Origin: Myxococcota bacterium
GTDB lineage: Bacteria > Myxococcota > XYA12-FULL-58-9 > JABJBS01
Reading direction: 5' to 3'
DNA: 43,177 nt
Assembly: GCA_036339465.1 (NCBI GenBank)
Contig: JAYZAY010000016.1
Coordinates: 1 to 43,177 of the forward strand
The position numbers were made by a program, and so were the translations under genes. Below, piece after piece: positions 1 to 9,986 of this stretch (positions are counted from its first letter, which is position 1; every line of letters begins with the position of its first letter). The notes below the pieces were generated by a model. That model searched no databases and was not told the origin of the DNA. It saw only the letters and a list, made by a program, of their open reading frames with translations.

Positions 1-114
1 AACATAAAAAACACAACCCATATCCATGTCGTAAATAGCCCTGGATGAAAACAAGCTCCTGCACCCCGGTGAGAAAAATGGCGGGTCGTAGCGTAAATAT
101 AAAAGGAAGAAACC

Positions 115-909
115 ATGCCCATCGCGCGATACTTAAACCGATTCATGAAACTCCCCATGCATGGCCCCCCCATGACGAGTTCCACCCTTCGTTACCGCAC
201 CAACTCGAGCCTTCCTAACACCAACCACCCCACCCCAAAAACACCGGTGGATAGCCTTGAAAGCAATACCCCAAGGACAAGCGGCGTGGTGAATACCCCT
301 ACGACACTTCCAAAGGAGAGACTGGGAATGCTGACGGGTAACACCAAGATCGACAACAAGAACAGCCGCGTTATGCAGAGGGTGTGGCAAAAGCGACAAA
401 AGCGGCTCATGAAGGCGACCAATGCGGTCATGGAGGTGTTTAGGACAAAGGAAATCCAGTTTAAATCCGCAGAGATCTTTGTCCGTAAAGCTGGGTCCTT
501 CGATGATTCAGAGGACAACGCCCAACGGGAAGTCCACATTGCACTAAGAGGCATTGCTCACACCGTGGTCGTATTAAAAAGCGCCGATTCATCCAATACC
601 TTCCTCTTAGACCGCGTGGTAGAGGGGATCCGATTAACCGAGCTCAAGGTCGACAAAGAGGATAGCAACAAGATCGAGAAATGCAGCAAGTTCAAACCAG
701 AAGAGATGCTCAAACTGAGCACGTATAATAACATTGGTCTGTCCTCCCTAGACATTGCCGACTGGATCGACATGCAATCCAAGACCGAGTACAATGTGCT
801 AACCAACAGTTGCGTTCAATTTTCGTTTTACTTCCATCAGCACTTCCTGTCGGGATTGAAGACGCGGCAAGTTCTGAAAGCGATGAGAACCAAACTCAAC
901 ATAAAGTGA
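115..909 (+). CDS. Orphan protein with Ser/Thr/Pro-rich N-terminus and putative permuted papain-like (PPPDE/LRAT-like) Cys-protease domain
   Basis: 264-aa ORF with AAGGAAG upstream. His in a beta-strand context (AHTVVVL) precedes YNVLTNSCVQFS, resembling the Y-x-L-x-x-N-C-x-x-F catalytic motif of permuted NlpC/P60 enzymes. Confidence 0.6.
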   Translation: MPIARYLNRFMKLPMHGPPMTSSTLRYRTNSSLPNTNHPTPKTPVDSLESNTPRTSGVVNTPTTLPKERLGMLTGNTKIDNKNSRVMQRVWQKRQKRLMKATNAVMEVFRTKEIQFKSAEIFVRKAGSFDDSEDNAQREVHIALRGIAHTVVVLKSADSSNTFLLDRVVEGIRLTELKVDKEDSNKIEKCSKFKPEEMLKLSTYNNIGLSSLDIADWIDMQSKTEYNVLTNSCVQFSFYFHQHFLSGLKTRQVLKAMRTKLNIK

Positions 910-1226
910 TTAAGTGTTTATTTCCATACCTCGATTGGATATGCCAGCCCGATGGATGATGAGATGAGCTAAATACTCTATGCTTTAGCTCTTTGTCGAT
1001 TTGCTCACGTAGTGCAGACTATCGCTATTCTGTCTTTGGCACATAATTTTAGGTGCCAAGAAATGATGAAGCCCTATTTCGGCACCAAACCATTCCAGCC
1101 ATTCACCCACCTTTCCGGCGAAGATGAAAAATAATCAACCAATGGAAACACCCATATCTGCTTACCAACATGTGTACTCGGTAAGCTATCATCTTGATTC
1201 CCGCACCGACAGACATCGACCTCGAA

Positions 1227-1928
1227 TCAATCGTCTTCCTCGTCAAAGTACATTCGAAACAATGATTCAAGTCTCTCCGGCATAAACTTGGCCAAAGAAC
1301 CCCCATATTGCGCGAACGTATCCAAGAGAGTCAGTCCCCCAAGTGTCGTCTCTTTGCCGGGACCATTTCTCAATCGCTCCGAAAAGTCGCGATTCACGGC
1401 ATGAATTTCACCATAGATCTTTTCAAGGCCTTGCAAGCTCCAGTCGGGGGTCAATCCTCGGCGCTGCCGCAAGAATTGTGAAGTCAAATACATGCCCATT
1501 GCCCGATAAAGAGTTTCTGTCTTATCTGCAAATGGAAGATGAAAACGAGCCATCGGCCGAAGCTTTCCAACAACAGGACACCCAGAGCTGGCCATAACAA
1601 GTCCCATCACTGATGTAAGTGCACTTTGGGCAGGCACTTCAGCAGAAATAGTACGATTGGCTGTCATAATCACGACTGAAATCGGGACAAACGACACAAC
1701 CTCCGCAAACTCAGTCATCAACCGATAAAGCCCTTTTGCTGCGGGGCAAAAGTAATGGTCTTTCGGTTTTAGAGGACATTCCCGGCACTGGTCCACCTCA
1801 AGCCTAACCCAATCGGGATAGTCACATTCGGCCGCCGGCTCAATATAATTCCCTGCATCATCGAGAAAAACTTTATATTCCCTCACCTGCTCATTGCTCA
1901 GTTTGAAACGATACGTGATCTCCAACAT
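1227..1928 (-). CDS. DUF6901-family protein
   Basis: Motifs W-x-x-L-x-x-x-QC-x-x-CPL, CPAA, SGCP, PMARFHLPFA, PDW-x-L-x-GL. Start moved to ATG 1928 (MLEITYRF) because GGAGGAA directly precedes it. Confidence 0.75.
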   Translation of the reverse strand: MLEITYRFKLSNEQVREYKVFLDDAGNYIEPAAECDYPDWVRLEVDQCRECPLKPKDHYFCPAAKGLYRLMTEFAEVVSFVPISVVIMTANRTISAEVPAQSALTSVMGLVMASSGCPVVGKLRPMARFHLPFADKTETLYRAMGMYLTSQFLRQRRGLTPDWSLQGLEKIYGEIHAVNRDFSERLRNGPGKETTLGGLTLLDTFAQYGGSLAKFMPERLESLFRMYFDEEDD

Positions 1929-2339
1929 TTCCTCCACCCGTTGGCGCTCAGTGAAAAGGCCCACCCACTTCGAGCATCCTAAAAGATTCCAGCGAAAACC
2001 AGGAAAATATTCAATTTGAACACATTTCACTGACTTTTCATCACCAGTAATCCAGACACAGGAAACAACAGCGCCCCCATCTTGGCGCATGGGAAGGAAA
2101 CCCGAGCAAAAACGGGCTCTCTCAGGTGGGCGGCCAAGTCAGATATCCGACGACCCCCACAGTTCGAACCGAGGCCACTGCACTGGCCTGTTGGGCCGAT
2201 CTAAGGTGCAATTTAGCTTACTCGATCCTTGATACTCAACCACAAAAGTGAATTTCCGCCCAAACCACCTCTTACCGCTCCCCACTCTTTTTACGAAATT
2301 TTATTGCCCTCACCCAGACCTCTGCCATAAAATCCAGAC

Positions 2340-3329
2340 ATGAGTTCCTCCCATGTGTTAGACGTCGCCGTTATCGAAGACAATCCCGCGTTCATGGCCA
2401 TGATGGTCGCAACCATACAAGGTTCGGTCTCTAATAGTCGGCAATTTAAGTTTCTTGCGACCGGCTTTAGTTCCGCCGAAGCCCTCCTCCAGAACCTTAC
2501 TGAAGGTTATAACCCAGCCATACTCTTTTGTGATGTTAAGCTTCCTGGGATAAGTGGCCTTGAGTTAGCTACCGAGGTGAGAGCGGGTAAGAGCAGGTCC
2601 CAGATAATATTTTGTTCTTCTCTAATGGAACACCCTCTTGATGCATTCTACGAGAAGCTGGGCAATAGCTTCATCTATTATACCAAGCCAATGGGGTATT
2701 TCGAAATCCACACCGCTTTGAATTATGCAGCTAGGGCTTGGAAACAGGCAACGATAAGTGAGTTTCTCGTCAGTTGCAACACCTCCCATGTGCTCGAGGG
2801 TCATTGGCTTCCTAAGTTGAAAGAGGCTAGGCTAAGTTCCGATATCAAAATCCCAGAAGAGGCATTCCGAAAATCAAGGGGTTTCCAGGGGCTACTCCGC
2901 ATGTTGAATTGCAAAGCGCTGATCATGCCCAATAAAGCAATACAGGAAGTAGAAAAGCCAGAAGACTTCACCTTACTTTGGAGCGCTGGCAAGCAAGAGG
3001 AGCTCAAAGATTTAGATGGGAGCGGAATAGGGGATTTATTTGATGCTTGGGCGGATTTGACAACGGTAGGCGAAAACAAGGCTGCCGATCCCAATATGTC
3101 GCGTTTTGCTCATCTAACCGGTGACTCCTACCAAACAATACAGCTCAACTCAGAACGCGTACTCGTGTTCCTACCTAAAAAACGATTTAAGGCGTCGGAA
3201 ATCGAGAGCTTCGCGGTTTTGGCTCGTATCTTCATGAATGAGCTCTCTGTACAACCCGGGAGAGCTTGGTCTCCTGACTTGTCAAATCCGTCAAGGATGG
3301 CGCAGCATCTAAAATCGTCTAAACCGTGA
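2340..3329 (+). CDS. Response regulator receiver domain protein with unrecognised C-terminal domain
   Basis: N-terminal REC motifs VIEDN, LFCDVKLPGISG (phospho-Asp), FCSS, YTKP. Confidence 0.8.
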   Translation: MSSSHVLDVAVIEDNPAFMAMMVATIQGSVSNSRQFKFLATGFSSAEALLQNLTEGYNPAILFCDVKLPGISGLELATEVRAGKSRSQIIFCSSLMEHPLDAFYEKLGNSFIYYTKPMGYFEIHTALNYAARAWKQATISEFLVSCNTSHVLEGHWLPKLKEARLSSDIKIPEEAFRKSRGFQGLLRMLNCKALIMPNKAIQEVEKPEDFTLLWSAGKQEELKDLDGSGIGDLFDAWADLTTVGENKAADPNMSRFAHLTGDSYQTIQLNSERVLVFLPKKRFKASEIESFAVLARIFMNELSVQPGRAWSPDLSNPSRMAQHLKSSKP

Positions 3330-3602
3330 CACCGAAGTTCATTTTTTGTTTCCACAAACAGTTTTTCGTCACGCATTATCCCCAATCCGACGATCCCATA
3401 CGATCCTGATTTGGCACGAGAAAGACCATAATCTATTTTTTGCAAGCAAAGAGTGTCTTTGCGCTCCAGTCAATGAGCGCTGGGCATGACCTGGCGAATT
3501 TTATGTCTGTGAGGCGCTCGAAAAGAGGAGGTTTTAGGGCAATTTCCCCACTGCGATGGAGGATTTTGAGGACGAAGGGCACAAAACCACGATAATCTAA
3601 CC

Positions 3603-4736
3603 ATGAAGAACCAACAGCCCTATCCTGTATTGATTTTCCTTTTCTCGATCGGTTTTTTCGGCGCATTGCTCACGGGCTGCAACAAAACCTCTTATGGGAC
3701 CGATGAATGTTCGGCGAATCAAGGAATGCCCATTGCCAATTACAAACCAGGCGGAGGAAAAACAGATGTTACCTTTATTGCTTTCGGAGATTCCCAACTT
3801 TGGGAGCCGACCCTTCGGCAAAATGATATTCAGGTAGAGGCCCTGAATCACTTTACCAAGGCTCTTACTTGGGGCGATGCGGGTTATCCTGAGCTTGGCA
3901 CCATAGACGATGTGCGTGGGATTATTATGGCGGGAGATATCACTCAAAACGGCCGTGATGGTCGGGGATTTGGAAACGACGAGTACGGTGATTTTACAAG
4001 CCGATATGGTCTTTGTGGAAACAAATTGGTTAAGTACCACATGTATGAAGGATACGGTAATCATGATTTTTATGAATGGAACAACATTGCATATCTTCCC
4101 GGAGATCATCCGGTCGCTGACTCTGTCGCGGTTCGAAATGCTTATAGGGCAGGCTTAAACAAGACTGCTCCGGGCATGGATGGTCATTATTCTTGGGATT
4201 GGGACAACATCCATTTTGTTCAATTAAACCTGGCTCCATCGGATCTTGACCCAAACTTAGCCAAAAAAGGACTGCGCGACCCTCGAAATGCTTTGAACTT
4301 TTTTCGTGAGTACCTTGAGGAGAATGTAAAGGGCACGAAAAAGAAGGTTATCCTTGTGTCCCATTATGGACCTTCGCCAACCTTCGAATGGACACAACCG
4401 CAAATCGACAGTCTCTGTTCTGTGATCACCGAGTATTCCAACAATATGATGGCTTATCTTCATGGTCACTCTCATTCGACAAACCAGTACAATTGGTGCA
4501 ATATTCCAGTGTTTAATGTTGGGTCTCCATATTACTTGAATTACAATTCGGATTCCCGAGGTAGATTTACGGTGTTTCGAATTAAAGAAAACGATGACCG
4601 CTCCCTCCGATTGGTGGCAGCAGACGTTTCCTGGAATCCCAAAACCTACACGCCTGGAAAGTCTGAAACTCTCGATTTGGAGATGAAGCGTTGGCGACGG
4701 TATCCTTACGATAGCACCGTGTTGCCAGCTCCCTGA
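3603..4736 (+). CDS. Calcineurin-like metallophosphoesterase, lipoprotein
   Basis: Signal peptide with lipobox LTGC; motifs GDSQ, AGDITQNG, GNHD, SHY, LHGHSH. Confidence 0.9.
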   Translation: MKNQQPYPVLIFLFSIGFFGALLTGCNKTSYGTDECSANQGMPIANYKPGGGKTDVTFIAFGDSQLWEPTLRQNDIQVEALNHFTKALTWGDAGYPELGTIDDVRGIIMAGDITQNGRDGRGFGNDEYGDFTSRYGLCGNKLVKYHMYEGYGNHDFYEWNNIAYLPGDHPVADSVAVRNAYRAGLNKTAPGMDGHYSWDWDNIHFVQLNLAPSDLDPNLAKKGLRDPRNALNFFREYLEENVKGTKKKVILVSHYGPSPTFEWTQPQIDSLCSVITEYSNNMMAYLHGHSHSTNQYNWCNIPVFNVGSPYYLNYNSDSRGRFTVFRIKENDDRSLRLVAADVSWNPKTYTPGKSETLDLEMKRWRRYPYDSTVLPAP

Positions 4737-5035
4737 GTGCGAAATATGCAAACCAAAGATGTGGAAATCCTGTAAATCGAAGGCGAGAAAAACGCATCTA
4801 CCCATGATGCGCCAGTGCTTTTACCTCCCCCTAATATCCAAATGTTGCCCGTTGTGGCCATCAACACCAAGCTTCACGGTTGGCTAAGGCGAAAAAACAT
4901 ATCCCTCCCCTAATCTAGACCAGGTACAAACAGACGACCTAATTCGTCCCCTGCTCAGATGGGCACAAACCCCACGTCCAGAAATATCGGTGGTTTCTTG
5001 AGTAGGACTAGACTCCGCTAATATCTCCAGGATCG

Positions 5036-6085
5036 CTATTTTTCGCGCTGTTTCTGGCACCATACTCTGTAGCGATCATCCATCTCGTAAATATCTTCAG
5101 TTACATCCTGCTCCATATTCAACCAAGCCCTGAGACTGGGGAGACGATTGGCCAAACGCAATCTTCTTTTTTTCAGTTTTTGCAGGAGAGCTGCTTCAGA
5201 CATCAAATCAAATCTCTCAATATCAGCTTCAGTAATCTCGCGACAAATGGGTTCTATCTGCCGCTTACCGAATCGCCCATTTATCGACTCTTCCCAAACA
5301 TCGCCATTGAAGTGGGTTGGGCGCGCCAGACTGCCCTCGATTTTCAAATTAAGGACCTCGGCGTGCTTCACGGCCCCTATGACCTCCGCCGCCTCATCTG
5401 CATTCAACACAAAGTCGGTTCCTACCCCGACGGTTTGTAGATGGCCCTGGTAGCGATGATAAATCTCCATAACGGTGGTGTGTGCCAAATCAGCATACAC
5501 TTCACTCCGCGGTGACAGCGCACCATCTTCTTGATGGACTAAATCCAAGAACTCTTCGCCACGCTTGCTTCGGTGACTATTGTTCATGGGATCGTCAATG
5601 CGGTCTCCTGAAAGCGCATGGCGCGATGGATATTCAGTTCGAGACGAAATGAGATTGGACGGAAGACGACAAAGAGCCAAAGCCCGACAATTCCAATCCA
5701 AATGCAAAGCATCCTTTAAATTTCGCTGCTGCCCCGGTGTCATGTGCTCATAAAGCCAGGCCACCACATTTTTTCCCAATTTATGGTGTGCATTGGTCAC
5801 CCCATCATGGCCCCTACTCCATTTTCCGGTGTTACTCTTTGGACGGAGGGTTTGAAGAAACTCGGTAGAACTAAGACGTGAGGCGCCAGAAACCATCTGC
5901 CGCGCCTGCTTGGCAGCCAAACTCTTAACGTTATTGTCCAAATGTGTCGGCCCACAAGAGCCGGTACCTCCCCAGGCGCACGAAACACCAAGTGATGCAG
6001 AAGATTTTAAATTGTATTCGTCCAGTGTAACTGCCCGTGGATCGACAGCAGACATCAATTGGACGCTCGTCGAGCTGAATGGCAT
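5036..6085 (-). CDS. Hypothetical protein (349 aa orphan)
   Basis: Long ORF with AAGGAG RBS at 6091-6096; no family recognised. Confidence 0.75.
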   Translation of the reverse strand: MPFSSTSVQLMSAVDPRAVTLDEYNLKSSASLGVSCAWGGTGSCGPTHLDNNVKSLAAKQARQMVSGASRLSSTEFLQTLRPKSNTGKWSRGHDGVTNAHHKLGKNVVAWLYEHMTPGQQRNLKDALHLDWNCRALALCRLPSNLISSRTEYPSRHALSGDRIDDPMNNSHRSKRGEEFLDLVHQEDGALSPRSEVYADLAHTTVMEIYHRYQGHLQTVGVGTDFVLNADEAAEVIGAVKHAEVLNLKIEGSLARPTHFNGDVWEESINGRFGKRQIEPICREITEADIERFDLMSEAALLQKLKKRRLRLANRLPSLRAWLNMEQDVTEDIYEMDDRYRVWCQKQREK

Positions 6086-6126
6086 GAGCGCTCCTTATAA
6101 ACTTCACGAAAGACTCGTCGAGGTCA

Positions 6127-6134
6127 TTATCGGC
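6127..6134 (-). promoter_or_regulatory. Putative sigma28 (FliA) -10 element GCCGATAA
   Basis: Perfect GCCGATAA about 40 nt upstream of ATG 6085; the -35 match is poor. Confidence 0.4.
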
Positions 6135-6647
6135 GAACTGAAGTACATGTACCCAAAAAATGAAAAAATATGGTTCCACAGGTTCGCCCCCTCAAAAATA
6201 TCAAATCCACTGAATGATAAACCACACGTTGCCCACCAAGCCCTTTCATTTAGGCTCTTGGCAGAAGGAAGAGCTTTTCTACGGGGGCGATGGGTCCGTG
6301 ATTTGGTTCCAGAAATAGTGTAGAATACCCGCTTAGCTGAAATTTTTCGCACGAGGCGTAAGTCATTGGCGATAACTTCCTCATAATACGAAATTGAACC
6401 ATTACCCTTGGATCACAACCCTGAACCATTCAGATAATTCCATGTCGACGTTTTATTGGCGGCCAGAGGTATATCTAAAAACCTCACTAACTTAACAATA
6501 TTTTGTGCGATAAGTCGTGAGGGGGGCTAGGAGACAATCGGGCGCGTCTATTTGCGGTTTAGTCTTAGGTTTGGTCTTGCAGGATAGGGGTATGATCTCC
6601 GGTGACCGAAATTCCACGGATTTCCCCCCTAGTAATTCAGCGAGTTC

Positions 6648-7499
6648 CTAAAGATAGTCATGGACCAGTGGATAAACCCCAATACAGGGGCGACAGATGG
6701 CTGTGGGCAAGCCTGAATTTCGTCGCGTTCGAGCCGAAACGGCTTTAAAAATGGGGCCACTTTGGTCTTCATCGCATTGGAGGCAGGCGTTTAAACTTCC
6801 GTCTTTCTGATTATATGCCGCATTAAGCAAATCGAAACAAACCTCACATTCCTTTCGTGTATTGGTTGTGTTGTAGTACCAAATTTGCGCACAGGGCAGG
6901 GTAAAACCAATTTCGGTTAGACAGGCTAGATTGGCCTCGGGGCTTTCAAGTATCCCCTTGAATCCACAGGTACGTACGGGTCCGGTTAGATCTGGATTGG
7001 CAATGTAGACAGCGAGGTCCGTCAGAGTTGAGCATAACCCACACGCGCCGCCGTGTGTAATAAAGGCTCCGGCCAATTGAGCGTCGCTTTCACTTGTGTA
7101 AGTTTTTAAAGAATACGTTAGTCTTTCATCATCTTCGTAAAGGACACCACAAAATCCATCTGTAGGGTAAGCAGCGAAATTCGGGTCCGCGTATGGGTCC
7201 TGTCCCAGGTTGGGAAAAGGGTTGCTTAGCTTTTTAACTTTGAATTTTTCGACGACCTCCGCCGTGTAGGCAGGGGCTATCCATGGCTCTCGGTGGCACC
7301 TGCAGGTTGGAGAACACGCAGAGTTGTCTAGCCCAGTGGAGTCATTCGGTTTCCCGAACAGTTCGCTGCAATTTGCTGTATCGGCATCGGTGTTACAAGA
7401 GGCTGAAAGTAACAAGAAGACGAGATTGATGAACCCTAGGTAAAATAGAGAGAGCCACAGTGAGGGCTCAGTCTTGGTTTGGTGAGTTCGTAGGACCAT
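6648..7499 (-). CDS. Cysteine-rich lipoprotein, conserved hypothetical
   Basis: Hydrophobic leader ending LSASC; many Cys pairs (CGLCS, CEVC, CLQCDE, CRPC) and RTRRNSGL motif. Confidence 0.8.
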   Translation of the reverse strand: MVLRTHQTKTEPSLWLSLFYLGFINLVFLLLSASCNTDADTANCSELFGKPNDSTGLDNSACSPTCRCHREPWIAPAYTAEVVEKFKVKKLSNPFPNLGQDPYADPNFAAYPTDGFCGVLYEDDERLTYSLKTYTSESDAQLAGAFITHGGACGLCSTLTDLAVYIANPDLTGPVRTCGFKGILESPEANLACLTEIGFTLPCAQIWYYNTTNTRKECEVCFDLLNAAYNQKDGSLNACLQCDEDQSGPIFKAVSARTRRNSGLPTAICRPCIGVYPLVHDYL

Positions 7500-7655
7500 G
7501 ATTTTTTCTTGATATCAGAAGGGTTCGTTGGAAGGCAAAACATCAATGATGCGTCCCCACAAGAACATTGAAGTGGAAGGGGTGGTAAAGCAGAACAGGC
7601 TCCTTTGGCCAATATTCGGAAACTTTCTATTTAAAGTTATGGGAAAGAAAATCCT

Positions 7656-8021
7656 TTAAGAAACACCAGAATCATCAACCTTAGAATCTCCATCCTTGAC
7701 CATCAGTCTCAACAAGAAGAACCAACCGATAATGGGAATAAACCAAAGCCCCGCCAAGAATCCGCTTTGCCCTACGTCATGGAGCCGCCGGGCCGTTACC
7801 GCCAACCCTGGAAGTACCAGGAGCATTCTCGCGATTTCAAAGGTGGGATGCCAGGTCATCCAATCGACGACATTTTTTGTTCCCCAACCCATCAATCTGT
7901 CCAAACCTAAGGCGACCAGAAGCACCAGGGCCATGAAGAAAGCGAAGGTTGCCCACTCTTGCTTGCACGCGCGTCCTGTGAATTTCAGGTAATTCTTGAG
8001 ACAATGTTTGATCCAGTGCAT
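7656..8021 (-). CDS. DUF805 (YhaH-like) inner-membrane protein
   Basis: F-x-GRA-x-x-x-E N-terminal motif, LAVTARRLHDVGQSG, IPIIG; three hydrophobic segments. Confidence 0.9.
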   Translation of the reverse strand: MHWIKHCLKNYLKFTGRACKQEWATFAFFMALVLLVALGLDRLMGWGTKNVVDWMTWHPTFEIARMLLVLPGLAVTARRLHDVGQSGFLAGLWFIPIIGWFFLLRLMVKDGDSKVDDSGVS

Positions 8022-8346
8022 GGTAGTACCACTACAAAGTACTTAAGTAAGAATCAACAAGAGGAATCGGAAATCAAGAAAATCAACAAGCAGGGTGGTG
8101 AGTGGCAGTTAGTGGCACAAACGATAGGGCGATGAACTTCTGGTCCTTTGCTACATGAATACTTCCGGACGGCTGCAAGCGATGGCCGGCCGCACAGGCA
8201 GCGCTCTCTGTACCTGCTCCATCGGTCGACTCACCTACCGGTTGGCGTGACCGCATAGCACCGCAAAGTCGGTGTGTTCTTGCCTGAAAACACTGCAACG
8301 AACAATCACGCTCACAAAAGAACATTCGGGCTGCGAAGCCCCGTAA

Positions 8347-9663
8347 ATGGAGAAGCGAATGACCGACAATTCCCAACGAGGCCCCCGTATTCATTTGAAT
8401 CCGAAGGTAAAGGATCTCAAGCCCTCTGCAACACTCACCATCAACGAACGGTGCGATGCTCTGAGACGAGAGGGTAGAGCAATCACCAAGTTCGGTCTTG
8501 GGCAATCCCCTTTTCCTGTTCCAGAGTCCGTGGTGCAGGCCCTCAAGGACAATGCCCACCAGAAAGATTACCTCCCAGTGATGGGACTCCGGGCCCTCTG
8601 CGATGCAGTCGCGCATTATCACAGGAGACGAGATGGCCTTGAGTGCACAGGAGACGGGGTTCTGATCGGGCCCGGTTCCAAGGAACTTCTCTTCATTGCC
8701 CAGCTTGCCTATTGCGGCGAGTTAATCATTCCGAGCCCGAGTTGGGTATCCTATGCGCCCCAGGCGAGTATCATCGGACAATCGGTTCGGTGGATCGAAA
8801 CCCAACAGAGCGATGGCTACCGACTCACCCCATCGGGACTCGATGCCACCTGCCGCCTAGATCCAGATCGCCCCCGACTTTTGATTCTCAACTATCCAAA
8901 CAATCCGAGTGGTAGTTCATACACAGCTAACGCACTGGCTGAGTTGGCAGAAGTGGCACGGGCACGAAAACTTCTGGTCCTCTCTGATGAAATCTACGGA
9001 GAAGTCCACCACGAGGGAAATCATGTCTCCATCGCGAAGTTCTATCCAGAAGGCACCATTATCAGTGCAGGTCTGTCCAAATGGTGTGGAGCGGGAGGAT
9101 GGCGGTTGGGCACATTCCTATTTCCCCCTGCCCTTCGATGGCTCCAGGAAACCATGGCTACCATCGCAAGCAAAACATTTACCGCCACCAGCGCCCCCAT
9201 CCAATACGCCGCGGTCCGAGCGTTTAAGGGAGGAGATGATATCCAGCAATACCTAGGCCACTCCCGTCGAATTCTCAAAGCCCTCGCGACACGAATGGTA
9301 AGCGCTTTTGAAGCGGTCGGAATCCATGTTGTGGCACCGGCAGGCGGCTTTTACCTTTTTCTCGACTTCTCCACCCATGAAGGTGAGCTAGCATCCCGTG
9401 GAATCACCTGCGGACGGCAATTGACCCATCGTCTTCTCGATGAAGCCGGGATCGCCATTTTGCCCGGAGAAGACTTCGGACGACCTTCACAGGAACTCTC
9501 CGCTCGTCTTGCGTATGTTAATTTCGACGGCACCGCCGCTCTCGCCGCAGCAGCACAAAGCCCCATAGACATCCCCCTGCCCGATTCGGCCCTGGATGCA
9601 ACTTGTGCAGAAGCCATCGAAGGTGCCCACAGACTTTGCCGGTGGATTGCAGGAAAGCAGTGA
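8347..9663 (+). CDS. PLP-dependent aminotransferase class I/II (aspartate aminotransferase-like)
   Basis: GLGQSPF, PSWVSY, NYPNNPSG, SDEIY, GLSKWCGAGGWRLG (PLP Lys). Confidence 0.93.
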   Translation: MEKRMTDNSQRGPRIHLNPKVKDLKPSATLTINERCDALRREGRAITKFGLGQSPFPVPESVVQALKDNAHQKDYLPVMGLRALCDAVAHYHRRRDGLECTGDGVLIGPGSKELLFIAQLAYCGELIIPSPSWVSYAPQASIIGQSVRWIETQQSDGYRLTPSGLDATCRLDPDRPRLLILNYPNNPSGSSYTANALAELAEVARARKLLVLSDEIYGEVHHEGNHVSIAKFYPEGTIISAGLSKWCGAGGWRLGTFLFPPALRWLQETMATIASKTFTATSAPIQYAAVRAFKGGDDIQQYLGHSRRILKALATRMVSAFEAVGIHVVAPAGGFYLFLDFSTHEGELASRGITCGRQLTHRLLDEAGIAILPGEDFGRPSQELSARLAYVNFDGTAALAAAAQSPIDIPLPDSALDATCAEAIEGAHRLCRWIAGKQ

Positions 9664-9986
9664 CTGTGTTTGTTCCCCGCCAGTTCACATTCCTTTTTCT
9701 GTGCGCCATCTTTTCTTGTAGCTACACACACAGCCAACGACCCATCAAACCATGGATGCATTTAAAAAAGAAGATACCCTGATTTGGGAACTCACCGATA
9801 CATTCACGCCAAACAGCCTCGTTCAGGAGAAAGCAAAATCCGAAGAAAAATAGGTGAGATTGAAAAACACGTAATAACGGACCCAATAAGTTCTCGTTTT
9901 GGGAATACTCGCCACGAGCTTCCATGTGTCTATTGTTAGATGTGGATGTGGATGTGGTGCAAAACAAAGATGGGTCGCTGAAACCA

